This document shows, one piece after another, positions 43,718-58,700 of a stretch of 64,000 bases of DNA; position 1 is the stretch's first letter; every line of letters begins with the position of its first letter. The position numbers were made by a program, and so were the translations under genes. This DNA comes from a virus (lineage: Duplodnaviria; Heunggongvirae; Uroviricota; Caudoviricetes). The stretch spans positions 135,124 to 199,123 of IMG/VR virus record IMGVR_UViG_3300021256_000055. One strand, 5' to 3'. Under the pieces are notes generated by a model that searched no databases, was not told the origin of the DNA, and saw nothing but the letters and a program-made list of their open reading frames with translations.

Positions 43718-46700
43718 TTATTCTATACTACATGACCCATATTTTACAAAGCTTGTAAAGCTAACATGCTGCGTATCTGAGCGGTATTCTATTGGTGGGA
43801 ATACTGCATATGCTATGAGTATGTGGTATCTATTAAATATACCAAGTTCAGTTACTTCTACAATTGCAGAATCTGCCTCATTTGGGTTTGCAAAGTTCTT
43901 TTTACTATTTACAGTATATGAGCTTTGTAGGTATCCAGGTATTTTAATTTCCTCACCATCATTTGGATGGAAGGTATCTTTTACAGTATTATTTGCACAA
44001 ATACCATATTTTATAATTTCTGCTGCTCCACCTTCTGAGTATAGAGTATTATCTGGCTCAGAAGCAATAAATCTTATTTTACCCTCAAATAAGTCTAAAT
44101 AGTTACAATTATAATCTTGACGAATTTCATCATCAATTATTTCTGCAGTTGAAGCTCTACTTAACTTTAAGTAGGCCTCATCATTACTAACAGGAGTTTG
44201 TTTTATTGTTCTATTCATTTTTTCAAATTTATTAAGAGTAAGCTCTTGGTTCCATGACTGAGTTACAGTATTAAATTTAGAAGTTAAGTTAATAACTTGC
44301 CAGAATGGGTTAGATTCTTGCCCTTTAATATAGAATTCGTTTTCAAACCATTCTTTACAAGAATTATAGTTTGGATATCTTGGAATAAAGGTATCATCAA
44401 TACTATCTTTACTGCTATCAATTGGTCTATCGATGATATCACCATTAGAAACAATATATCTAATAAGCTTACCTGATTTATTACATTCTCTTATATAATT
44501 ATCATTAGCATTAGTAAATAAAGCAGAGCTATAATAAATATTATTTTCGCCTCTAAATAGGGTATTATTTATTATAATTGGAGACTTTGGATATCCCTTT
44601 GGATTAAAGTAAACTCTATCTGGAGGGAAAATGGAAATATCTTTGAGAGGTATTTCTTCATAATCATCATTAAATGCGTTATTTTTTGTTAGCGGTACAG
44701 TCTTTCTAGTAAGAACTTCTATACGCACAAAATGAGTCTTACCATCATTAAGGCTATCAATAGGTAGTTTCTTTGAGAGTGTAACGCCATTTGTTTCAAT
44801 TAGATTGAATGCATCAGATATTGGCTCTTCATTTCCGCCCTTTACAGTTGAAGCATTAAAGTAGTCATCATATTCCTTGATAACCGGACCTTCTTCTCTC
44901 AAAAGGCTTTCAAAGCTTTGATAACGTGGGTATCTCATATAAATAGGGCCTAAAGCACCTTTTATATATAACTCATTTTCATTAGCTGGATCAGCAATTA
45001 CCTTAAACTTAATCTCATTCTCATTACTTACTATAAATGTTTCTGAGTCTAGCGCTAATCCTGAGCTAGATTCAGTATGTTTTTCAATAGTAAATTCACC
45101 AAATTCAAAAGTATAGGTGTTATCACTATAAGATGCAGAAATAGATATAGATTCCTCACTTTTGCTATCGTCAGGCTCTTCAGAAATATAGGTATCCTCA
45201 ATTTTTCTGCTACCAATATAATAATTACTTCGTACATGATAGAGAGGATTTGTGGAATCTACCCCTGTTCTCTCGTATGACATATCATATAAGTAATATG
45301 CATTAAGTTTTCCTAGCTCGAATAGTGGTAAGTTTACCTCTCTTGCGGAATCTGTATCGGTTAAAGATATCTTTTCAGAATTATTAAGAGTAACTGTATT
45401 ACTACCTAAAGTATAAGATGCCATATTGTTATTTGTGTTTTTAACAAAAACATATTCATCATTATAATAATAATAGTAAGCTGGTGTTACAGTTCCATAG
45501 ACATTATTTGGATTCTTATCATATGAAATAGAGATTATCTTTGTAATACCCTTACTTGTAATTTTAATCCATTTAGGGTAACGTTCAAGTGAACCAGGCA
45601 TTGTAAATTTAAGAACGCCACCCTCAATTTTGAAATTTTTGGCAAAATTTTTGGCAAAAACTTCGTCAGAATTTTCGTCAGAATTTTCGTCAGCGTCAAA
45701 TTTATTAACTCTATTAAATGCAGCTTCATATGTTTCACCATCTTTTCTATCACTATCTGTTATTTCTACTATATCCTCTATGGTAGAGACCATAATACTT
45801 GTATCAGCAGATAGCTCAGATTTCATAAACTTATCTGGACAAATGTAGTAAATATTAGTAAGTTCCTGAGTAGTACCAGTTCTTTGTGTAATATCAATAG
45901 ATACGTTATTTTGAGATGTCCAAATAAGGTTTTTTGATAAAGCTGGTTTACTAACCTTAACTGTAGCGAGAGTTCTAATTGTATTATTCTCAAATGATAA
46001 TAAGCTTAATGTTTTAGAAGTATTTTCTGCTAAATCATTAACAGAAACTTTCACAATATCATTATTATGAACTATAAATTCTCCATGGTTAGAAATTATT
46101 TCTTTACCAATACTATCACATAATAATATAGGTTCATTATTAGAATTTTTAAGATGCTTATCCATGAAAGCAACCTTGTCTATTTCCCAAGGTAACTCTT
46201 CCTTCCAACTATTATCTTTCTCAGTTCTTAGTCTTGTACCACCATAACCACGCTGCTGAAGATAGATATGCGTAATAGGCGCTGGAATTCCACTATCTAG
46301 AGTATCGATATCATGTAAATTTTGATTAAAGAAGTTCTTTACAGCTTGGTTAATTGAGTAACCAAATTTTGCATTAAACTCAATATATCTTACAGCCTTA
46401 AGAGGGAAGTATCCTAATATTCTATCATAGTAGAATCTATTAGAACTATTACCAATTTTTTTCAAGACAAATCTATCATCAAATGAAAGACTTATTTGCT
46501 CTACAGCTGAGCTAACAGAATCTAAATATTCAGTTTCTATATTAAGACGTTCTTGGTCCTCATCCTCTAAATAGAAGTATTCACTTAACTTATCATCTGA
46601 AATTGAAAGGCTTTCAGAGAGTGTAATTCCTATATCTGCTAAACAGATATCTGGCCCCATATACTTGAAGTATTTATCATTTACAAATTCGCTCAATACT

Positions 46701-49700
46701 TTGATATCGAAATCAGCTATTACGTCAAGTCGTGCATTATCACTGATTAGCCAATCTCCATGGTTATTTAAGATATAACTATTAGTCTTAAATACATATT
46801 CTTCACCAGTATATTGTCTATATGTACCTTCTTCAATTGAATCAAGGTCTCTTAAATCAAAAGTTGCAAAATTATCTAGTTTTTTAAATTCTTTATTTAA
46901 TATTGCAAACTTTCCATCTAATCGTACAATATATGAATTTTTGTTAATACTTACAGTTTGGCCAGTATACTGTACTTCAGTATTATCGTCTAATGTTGTA
47001 AGTTTTTCTAAGGTATTAAGAATATCACCACTAATAGGAGTTTGTCTAGTAATCACTTTATCTGCAGTAGAAATAGTATTATTAGACTTTATAATATATG
47101 TATTTTCTTTTAGAGTATAGTTTTCACCAGTATACTTATAGATTATATTACTCTGCATCTTATACAATTGATCAAAATCAATTTTGTCAATACTTGTTTC
47201 TGTATATCCATATAATTGTGGTGCATTAGAGGTTACCTTTAAGTAGCCGTTAGACTTAGTTACAAATTCATCTTTATTTATAAGTATGTTATTTGCAGTT
47301 AAGTCTAACTTAATATATTTCGTTTCTGGGTTAGAAACTAATGAAGAAATTGATCGTAATTTATCATCATTTGCAGACTCCTCATCCATAGATGATGGCT
47401 GAGAAATACTAATATGGAATGATCCCTCAAGATAATAAATATAATATATTCCAGCTGGTAAAGATACGTTATTATCAATACATTTTGTACAGGTATTTTC
47501 TGGTATTTTTACCAAGTTATTAAGTATAGTTTCTACCTTATTTTCTGTAAGGTCACCTTCAATATGAAGCTCTTCATTACTAGGAGTATAGCTAACATTA
47601 GATTCTACCTTATATTCTCCATTCTCTTTGTAGATATATGAGTTTTTACTAATACCACCATCTTTACCAACATACTTAATATGGTAATCATTATATGATA
47701 CCGCAATAAAGCTGCTAATAAAGCTTGTGGTATCTTCCGCTACTATATCGTTAAGTCTAAGCATATTAGATGGTAAATTTTCAGATATACTTAAGTGGTT
47801 ATCATTATATACAAAATATGAATTACTCTTAATAATTATACCTTTATTATTATCAGGCATAAACTTATAAGTAACTGTTGGGTTACTAAGAATAGCTTCA
47901 AGTATACCTATAATATCTCCGCTAGTAGATATATTAGCCTCATCAACCTCAGAAGGGCTTCTACTAATGATATCACTAGCGTTTATATACAAGTCAGGAC
48001 CTATATATTGTCTATACCAAGATGTAGGTGTATTAAGGAACTTATTTAAGTCAAATGTATCTACGTCCATGTAATGGTAAGTACTAGATGAAGATTCAGC
48101 ACTAGAAATTTTGCCATCTACATTTCTATAGAATGTATCATTTTTAATTTCGATATTTTCAGTAGCCTTAACTTGATAATTACTCATATTAGCAAGAATA
48201 TTAAGGTCCAAACTGTTAATACTTCCCTTATTTTCTACTGGGAAGTTTGCTTCAATTTTTGATTGAGCCTTATCCTCTGTTCTAATAAAGTAGCTGTTCT
48301 TTAAGATAGTATAGTTAACACCCGTATATTTTGCATAGGTATCTTCAGCCATGCTATAAAGGTTCGCTAATGTAAACTCTTTAATATCGTCAGACGATTT
48401 AAGTTGATTCTGATGAGAATAGGATATTACATTATTGGATTTTATATAATAGCCATTATGTGGAATACTCATAGCAACTTTTATATTAATATAAGAGTTG
48501 TTATCTAATGGCTTATTGAAATCCAAAGAATTAGTTTTATTACTTTCAGGAAGCTTAACATCATCTTCGGTTCCATAGAAAATTGTTCCTCTATGATTAC
48601 AGAACTCAATAGATGAGCTAAGAGTAACTTTTTCGCCTGTATAAGTAAAGTACTTATTTTCAGTCGTATTATTGGCAATACTATTTATTGTTGCAAAATC
48701 TAATGATGTTAGCTCACCAACAGATTTCATATTATAAATAGGATTATCTACAATATATTTTTTATTATTTGTATTTATTAAATATCCATTTTTAGCTATT
48801 GTAAATGTCTCACCTGTATACTCCATACAGGTATTAGCTGTACTTAAGCTACCAATGATATTATCCTTAGTTGTTACTTTTTCTACATCCTTATAGAGGA
48901 TATTATTATATCTGAGTATATAACTATTTTTATTAAATGTAAGGCTAGTACCAGTATATTTATACCATGTATTATTTGCTAGTCCAATTAATCCTGTAGG
49001 AGTATTAATTTCTGGTCCTTTATTATATTTTACATATATAGAATCGTTAGCTACAGTATACTTTTTATTTTGATAAATAATACAAGTATCTTTTGTAAGT
49101 GAGAATCCAGCTTCACAGTAATAGAACTGGTTATTCGACATCGCCATAATTGTATCTAGACTAGGGCTACTTAAATTACGGTCATTTTTTACATTATATG
49201 TTTTTGATGAAGTTAGCTCTACTCTCTGGCCAGGCTTAATACTAAGAGTACTACCAGTATAAAGATAACTTCCCGCTTTCAAGCCTTTAATAGTATCTTG
49301 TTTAAGAGTACTTATAGGACTACCAAGTGGAGAATCATCAGTAACAGCTGGAGCAGTTGTAGAAACTGATATATTACCTTTACCATCAGATGTGATATAG
49401 TTATTTTTAGCTATAACTGTGATAGTATTATTAGAAATATTTATAAAGTATCCATTAGCTGCTAAACCTATTAAATCCTTTAGTGTTATTGAGCTTTTAT
49501 TTATAGTTGACTGGAATGAGCTCGTTAAGGTAGCATAGCTTGTATAACCTGTACCAGCTACATATACTAGCCATTTCTTAGCATCCTGTAACACAGCCGA
49601 CTCAGTAACTTTAATACATTCATTATCCACTAATGTCTTAATTTGGTTAAATGTTGGCGTACACTCAAGTTTTAAGCTAGTACTACTAATATTGATTGTA

Positions 49701-52700
49701 TCATTTACTTTATATATATAACTACCACCTTTTAATAAGGTCGTGCTATTTGCGCCAGTATAGATTACCATACTGCCTTCATTCATAGTTGCAATTTTAT
49801 CTAAAGTAATAGTAGATACATTTTCAGAAGGAATAGAACTTCTACTTAAAATTACTAAATTATCATCTTTATTATAAATAAAGTCATTTTTAGATAATGT
49901 TCTATCTTCTTGAATTTCATATGGTATATATGAATTATTAACTAAAGCAGAGTCCGTAAGTGCAATATCAGAAATAGTGTCCTTAGCTTTAGTTTTATCA
50001 GTGATAGGATTTTTCCTTACTTCATAATTACCAGAAATAGTATGGATAATATAATCATTCTTATCAATTAATTCAGTATTGTCACCTTGTATACTTAAGT
50101 ACTCACGGTCCTTTAATGTATTAACTTTTTCGATAATTGTTGAAATATTATCTGTACTTGATAATGTACTATTTTGTATTAAACTATTAGGGTTAACGGT
50201 ACTTAAATAGTGTGTTCCATTAACATTTGTTAAATAATAGCTACTATCAATTACCTTTGTTGCGCCTATATACTGTATATAGGTCTCATCTGGTAAATCA
50301 TAAATTCTTTGGATATTTTCATCATCTAAAGAGCTCAAACTAGACTGTTCAGCTAAAGGTGCTTTTTCAGAGAGAGTAAATGTTTTACCAGAATGAAGAA
50401 TATAGCTATTAGTTTTTACAGGATAATTTTCTCCTGTATACTTACTGTAACTATTTTCTGGTATATTGATAATATCATTAATATTAGACCTATCACCTAT
50501 ATTATCATATATGAAGTCTGCGTATGATTTTAATTTTCCATTAATTCTTGCGATATAGCTATTTTTAGCAATTTTTTTATCAGCACCTGTATATTTACGC
50601 TGATAGTACAACTTCACGTAATTTATAATATTTCTTAAGTCTATAGCGTCATTAGGCTGTGTAACATCATCCGTTAGATTTAAGCCACTCTTAGGCTCTG
50701 TAGTTACTACTTCATATTTGCCATTACCATTATTTGTAATATAAGCATTTTCAGGAATAATATCTATCTTTTCACCAACATAAATAAAATATGAATTACA
50801 TGGCATAGATATTAAATTTGTAATACCTACTGAATTTAAGTAGCCTAAAAGCTTAGCTTCTGTACCAGGAGAATCAGGCATAGACTGTATAAGGCCAGTA
50901 TTAGTTTTATAAATATAATTATCTGTTTGTACGGTAGCGCCAGTTGGCTTATATTGCATATAAGCGGGTCCAGCACATGTAATTTCGTTAAGATCAAAGC
51001 TACTTATGTCTGCGCCTATCTGAATATCTGCAGGGCTTTCAGAAGATACGCTAATAGAATTACCCTTCTTAATAATAAAGTTTCCCTTTCTTAAAACGCC
51101 CAACTCTTCTGGGTCCTCTACCATATAACTATATGGAACAGTTTCATAATCCTGATTGATTGCTTTAATATATTTAACATTAAATAGGCTTTTCCAAGAT
51201 TCATCTTCTTCTCTTAAGCTAGAATCTTGTTTAGCTTTATCAACAGATTCATAAATAGGCTTTGGAGCTGCATACATAATATCAGTACCAAGATCTGAAT
51301 ATATAATCTCATAGAAAGAAAGTGGCTGAATAACTTTATTTGATTTATTTATATACTCTCCATCTACATTACAAAGGTATATTGCTTGACCATCAGCATT
51401 TGTAATATTTTTAGGAATATACTTAGTTTCAGTTTCTCCATTGTCGTTTTTAACTGTAGTAGGGTCATTATATTCATAGAACTTATGATTAGTGTCTTCA
51501 ACTACTGCAGGATATCCTTCATCATTATTTTTTAAGTTTTCTAATGTTTCTCTGTAGTTGAATACACCATCAGCACTTGCTGCATTTTCTGTTATCTTAA
51601 TATGCTTTACATAGCAATTGTGATATTCATCAAAATAATTTGATAAGAATTCCTGATTAATACAGCTCTTTTGATCTGATATACTAAGTGATGACATTGT
51701 TTCAAAAGCGATAACTACTTCTGTACGAGCGCCATCAGTGCCTGAAGCTATGAGGTCTGTATCCATTGTAATACCATCAGGAGATACTGCATCAACCTTA
51801 GCGAGTGTATTAACAGTACCTCTAGATATTATACCAATAGAGCTCATAGATGGATTTACATATAAGACAAAATTATTATAGTTAACACTATAAGCTGTAG
51901 ATAATTTTTTAACGTCGTTTTCGAAATCTTTATAATTCAAATTTTCAAAATCTGTGTCATTATATTTATCAAGCTTAGTTTCAAGAATATAATCGTAGTC
52001 AGCAGAGTCTTTAGATTTTTGTAGGTAGAACTTATATGTATCAGGTGAGACATATGTTACACCCATAACTTTAAGACCGCCGTCTTGATTATCATCCAAA
52101 ATGCCATTTACATCAATTGCATCGTATACAGTTAAATCAAGCTTCTTTTCATCAGTGGAGCTCTTAATATAGGTACTCATGGATGCTTTTTCGGTGCCAT
52201 TCTGTGTAACTATAACTTTACTAGTTGCATCATCTAATAATATTGCATCTCCTACTATCCTTGTTGCAGTTTTAAGTGTGACCGGACTTGTCGCATTAAT
52301 GCTATAGTATGGTAGACTATTTGGAATGTTTGATATACTGAATGTCTTACCACCATTAGTAGAATATAATATAAGTGGTGTTGTACTATAATAGAATCTA
52401 GCTAGAGGTACACATTTAGAGAGTAAGTATAATCCATATTCTCTATCGCTCTCTTTATCAAGAGAGTATCGTGTATTCCAATCAGACTCAATTGATTCAC
52501 GTGATTGAATTGCGCCACATAGTATAATTATATCTTCATTAACATATGTAGAGCTAATAGTGTATATCGGCTGAAATCTATTTAAGTATTGGACAGGTAA
52601 CTTAAATACTGAATCTGCTTTATATTTTATAGTTTTATGTAAAACATTAGTTCTATCTATATAATCATATGATAAACCCTTAGGTATATCAGAAGTATGC

Positions 52701-55700
52701 CAATTATTTATATTCTCTAAATCTGATACCTTATATGTATGCTTTTTATCAATATAAATAATAGAGCCACCTGATGAGGTAAATATAATATTATTCTTTG
52801 TAAAAATAACGTTAGTAATATCACCATCAAAAACCTGAGATATATCATCTTCTAGCATACCATAAGTTGCAAAATTATTTGCATAGTCAACATACCAGCT
52901 ACTATCATAGTTATTGTCACTTCTATATTGTTTCTGACAGCTTCCATCAAATGTAAGGTTTGCTCCGTAGATTCTATCAATAGGTGTTTCACTTTGAGCT
53001 TTATTTACAGTCATTCTTTCATAAGGACCAACACCATAATAGATTATTTCTGCATAACCACCTTCCTTATTATAGGAACCTTCAAGATATTCTTTATAGG
53101 TTGATGGATCATCCGTACTAATTGTTGGCTTTACACTAGTTATTGTGAAATTATTAGTATTCCAATAATAATAGAATTTATTGCCTTCTTCTTTTGAAAT
53201 TTTAGCTATAAAGCTTTCAATACCCGTAATACCATCTTCATCTCTCCAAGGCATAGGATGGAGATTAGTCAAGATCTGATAGTATGGATAATATTTTTCC
53301 ATAATATCCGCTAAAGTAGGATTTAATGAGGAATCACCATTGCTACCAAATGCTTTTCCAAGAGCGGATAGCATAACTATTACATCTTTATTTTTAGACT
53401 GTCCCTCACCAGGTAATGTATCACCTTCTATTATAGTACTTGAGTTTTCACCATCATAGAATGTCCATTTATTATTGCTGTCTCTTTTAATGTATTTTGG
53501 CAAATTAGCCATTTCTTTATATATATCTAAAATACTGTCTCTAAGAGTCCTTATAGACATATATACACCATGCTCACCTGTAGTTTGTTTAATTCTCTCA
53601 TATTTTGCGTAGCTAGTATCATTTAATAATGGTAGACATGCATATTTCCAATAAGTGTCCTGGGATACCTGTTCAGTGTATTCACCATCCTTTGTTGATA
53701 AATATACTGGAGATTTAATAAATGCGTCTCTACCACATCCAAAAACAGCATATTTAGAATTAGGATCTGAGAAGAAGAACTTTTTATCAGATCTACCCTC
53801 AAGGCCGTCATCTTTATAATTAATAGCGAATGGTTTAATTTCATATTCGCCACCTTCAGAAGCACTACTTACGCTAACATCTTCCCACTTAGCATACGCA
53901 TTAGAGTATGTTAGAACACCATCTTTAGTTGTTTTTATCTGCTCAGTATTTGGTAATAATATTGTATCTACTATAGAATCAACTTTACTAAAAGCGCTAT
54001 AAGCAGTTCTTACCTCAATTTTACCTGTTGAAGCTTCATAGTCATGTGGGAAAGAATAAACATTTGTCGTGCCCTTTTCTTCTATAGTTAAAATCCAATC
54101 ATCATCATCACTTGTAACATTCTTAATTTTATAATCATCACTTAAGCTTTCAAAACCATTGCTAGTAATCTGGTATACTTCACTAAAATAATTTAGACTA
54201 ACCTTTTTTTCTGTTGGTAAGTCGACAGGTTGTGCATAACCAACCTTCTTACCAGACACACAAATAAATGATTTAGATGCAGCATCATAATATGCTTTAT
54301 CTAAATTATCAATAACAACTTCTTGTGCGCCAGCTTCAGAATCTGTAAAAGCAATTGCTAATGGCATATTTATTGCGTCAGCTGAGCTGCTTAATACAAA
54401 TGACTCTATAGGCGTATCACCCTTTCTCAAGAACCGAGTTGCATTATTAAATTGATTTGTATCATTTTTAGTAGGTACCAATGTATCTGGCTTATTATTA
54501 GCAATAGCACCATGTAGTATAAGTAAGTTTTTGAAATACTTAAATTCATAAGCATTATTACCTACAATTCTATTATCACTAATAATAGATTTTGTAAACT
54601 TAACACTTGATGTATTTATTACTGGTGCAGGGTACGCATTATCACCTGTAAACTCAAAATAGCTTTCCTCTGGGAATACGGTATTAAAGGATTGTGTTTC
54701 ATCATCGAATACTTTAGTTACAGGAATAATTGATCTAAGCTTGCTACCATATAAAAGCTTTTCTGTATTATTTGCAATTCCGGATACTGTATTATCATAG
54801 CTTATTACTAAGTTTCCATCTTTATCAATACCCCTTACCATACCATCTACGCTATAATAATTTGAGTAAAGAACAGGTTCTAGATATTGATTATAGATTG
54901 ATCTTAAATCCATAGGAGTAATTCTAATAATGCTGTCATTAGAGGATATAAGATTTGTATTAAATTCGCCAACATCATTTATCTGTCGCAAAGTTGGTGT
55001 TTCAATTATTTCATTTGAGCCGGATGCCTGTGAAATAACATTCTTATACATACCAGTGAGATATGTTGTATTCTTAAAATACTTTTGTTCCTCAAATTTA
55101 ATAGCTACTTTTTTTAGCTTATCAAATGAATTATGAGAGATACCACTAGCATCTTTATATTCATTTGTGTATGTATAAAATTCATTATTTATATCATCTT
55201 TATATATAGCCGCTCTTGTAGCATTAAAGGTAACCTCATCATTTGTTATAATGTCAAAGTTATCATTTTCGATAGTATCATATTCATTTACATCACCCTC
55301 AGCTTTATCATATACTACTTCATTTGGAGTAGACGTACCATATAAATAACCTGTACATGTAATTCCGGCATCTATAATATAATCAAAATTATATGATCCC
55401 TCCGTAATACACCTTCTAGGAAGTGTAATTTCCGTAACGCCTCTTATAATATTATATACGGGACTTGAACTATATGAAATAACAGGTTTAGCTGTAGGAG
55501 AGTCTATATAAATAGAATCTCCTGGAGCAATCTTTTTAGTAGCACCAACATATTTTGTATATCCCTCTGAAAGGGCAGCTATACCCGCTTGTGTTAGCGC
55601 CTCTATATACTTATCTGTTGAAATGCCATCCGGTAAGCTATCAACTACTGTAAATGTAGATTGGTTTCTAAGAATATATTGATTTGTTTCGATAAGGTTA

Positions 55701-58700
55701 ATAGTATTTCCGCTATTATTTAAATATTCTGTTTTAGTATCTAGATTACAGAATTCTTGTATAGTAAGACTGCTAATATTATTCTTAATATTTCCAATTG
55801 ACTTATTATAGTTGGTATCTGGTATATCTATAGGCCTTACAATAGGTAGGGTAGATGTATAATAGCCACGATTAAAGATAGCATATCCAAAGTCGCTGAT
55901 ATTACTAGTTGTTTTATTTGGAGTTATTAAACCTACAATACTATTTTTCTTAATATTTTTTTCAGTAAATGTATAATTTTCTTCTTCTGATGTAGCATCA
56001 CGCTCATTAATATCACCAATAATATACCAGAAGATTTTATTTCTATTTGAGATATCAGTAAGCTTACTTATATGATTTGTGAAGTCACTATCAATTTTAA
56101 ATTGATATTTTAGAGTAGCATAAACAAGCTCAGTAATAATATTCTTATTATCACTGGATGTTCTATATAGCGTTGTTTTATCAATATAGCCACCAAATAT
56201 AGGCTCATATAAGTATGATATATTATTATTTCTAATATAGATACTATGATTTTTATAAGTAATATCCTTAAAGCTTATTGTAGCACCATTCCTATCTGTC
56301 TCATCAATATAAGCTTTATCTATAAATTCACCATTATTATTTACTGCTACATTTGATAGAGTTACGTCTTCTGGAATAATACAGTACTCACTATTACTAA
56401 TAGATGGTAAATTAATTATATTAATTCCCTTATATTTTGTTGTAGTAGGTATCCAATCCTTCTTTTGTTCAAGCGGCTGAATACCATTAAAATAAGCTAT
56501 AGGTTCTTTTTCTAAAAAGTTTTTATTATTAAGAACTATAGGCATATTCTCTACATCACCACTGCCTGAGCTAGTGTCACTACCCATATATTTTGTGAGC
56601 TTATTAAAGGTTTGAGCGTAAAAAGATGACTGAATTGTAGTACAAGCCCTATTAAGATCTTCAGAACTACTTGGTAGATATCTAGTTTGAACGTCATATT
56701 CGCCAAGTGGTATTTCAAATAAGGGCTTTTCAACAGAACGGAAGCGAGAGTTTCCCTCAATAGACTCTTGCTCTATTACATCATTATTTCCCCAAGTAGA
56801 TCTTTTACGAATTTTACCATTGTTCTCATTAAGAACTTCCAAATCATCTTTAGAAATAGCTTCAGAGTCATAAATATTATTACCCCAAATATTAGGATAG
56901 CTAACATCCGCTGGAGATGTAAACCAGTTAAAACGTCCCGAACCACCAGTTCCTATCTGCGCATATGCTGGAACTGTCCAATCACCATTCTGACCATGCG
57001 AACTAATAGGGTAGTTATGCCACATTGGTTGTATACCCTTAAAGTTTAAGGTAATGAACTTTAACTGAACATTTGGATCTGTATATGTAAGATTAGGAGA
57101 CAATGTATAATACCCTGTAGAATCTGTCTCCATCATTAAGTTTACACCTACATTAGCTTTATCAGTAGCTCTAGATATGTCCTTAAGAGAGTTTGTAATA
57201 TAGTCTAGCCAGTCTACACTCATAAGAATATTAGACTTTCCAGTTCTTGTAGTCGCAGGGATAGTCTTAGTAATATTAAGTTCTACAAAGAGGTCATTCA
57301 TAAATTTAATTGTAGAAGGCATTCTTACAAAATTATCACCTGTATAGCGTTTAGGGTGTATTTCATTCATAACCTCATTAAATGAGCTAATAGTAGTGTT
57401 ATCAACATCTACCTTATAATTATAAGGCTTATAGAATGAAATATCTGGTAATGATTCCAATATAGCATTTGAAGCATATGGGAAGTCACGTGAACCCCAA
57501 AGACCATGGTCGAAAGGATTAACGATTGAGTATGTGTCATACTTATCTAGATTCGCTCTATAAGCAGACATATCTTCTTCTTCGTCAGTACCATTAATAT
57601 CCATTTTACAATTGTATGTAAAAATAAATGTGCCGGACTGTGTGAAGTCCCTATTTACTGTTACAGAGTTATATCCAATAGAAGTAATATAGACCGTTGC
57701 GTTATCCGAGTCAATTGTTGGACCAAATACCGTATCACCTACACTTAAAGTTTTATAATACTTTTTAGCAATGTCTGACTTAAATGTAATTGTTCGTGTT
57801 AAATTTTCATTACTTATATCAATTACACTTTCAATCTTTACTGGATTTGTTGAAATTGGCTTAATAGTAATATTCTTTATTATACCATCTGGATTAGATT
57901 CAGCATTAGCAAACCAGCTAGCAGCTGAATCAGTTCGAGAGTCTCTATTTATATCGATTTCTGAATATGATGATGCATTATAATTTGTTCTTACCTCATC
58001 ACCGGATGATGTGCTTACTATAAGCGTTGGGTGAGGACATTTTTCCGGTGAAAAATAAGCCATATGTGGCCAGTGAATAGTTATATTCTTATAATCATAA
58101 GATGAGCATTTGTTTTCATCATAAGTCATTATGTCAGTATCAGCATTAACAGAGCCTATACTAAAAGCGTCATAGCCGTCATTAACTACTGGGAGTACAC
58201 TTAAGTATCCTAGAGAGTATTCATCTATAATTCCACTATTATATGCTGTTGTTCCAAATACAGGTTTTAAAGGAGAGCCAGATATTTGTAAAATTTTATT
58301 AACTACACAGCCTGGCCTAATAGTGGATCTTTCAAAAGTTGTCCATTCATCTTCATCAAGCGTTGTATCTGCGGTAAAAGTTGAGTTTTCATATAATAAT
58401 GATCTATTTAATGAATAGCTATTAATTGCATCTAAATATGTCTGCTTTTCAAGATAAAGCTCTATATATTTACTATAGTCATGCCCAGATGCAGATTTAT
58501 AATATGCTAATACTGCCTCAGGGCTAGTATTGATATTTTCACCAAATTTAATAACATTACCATTAGTAGTCTTAAAATAATATTGGTCAGTGTTATCCTG
58601 TAAAATTTTACCAAAGGTAGACTCTTCTATACCATCTATAGAAGTGACTACTGGTACATCTAATGGCTGCACATTCATAATTTTAATAATATCTTGACAG

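Noticed and set aside
167-45848. Numerous 60-120-aa ORFs on the strand opposite long genes (e.g. 167-352, 2189-2371, 9578-9769, 11097-11333, 12736-13095, 13990-14292, 18393-18620, 27667-27921, 31570-32069, 45535-45848)
   Set aside because: They are fully embedded in, and antisense to, well-supported genes. They have low-complexity, hydrophobic, AT-codon-driven compositions and no start-site signals. I treat them as shadow ORFs.
45633-50600. Repeat-rich DNA that could superficially look like a CRISPR array
   Set aside because: The repeats are in-frame coding repeats inside one continuous ORF. They are degenerate, have no regular spacer structure and there are no cas genes.
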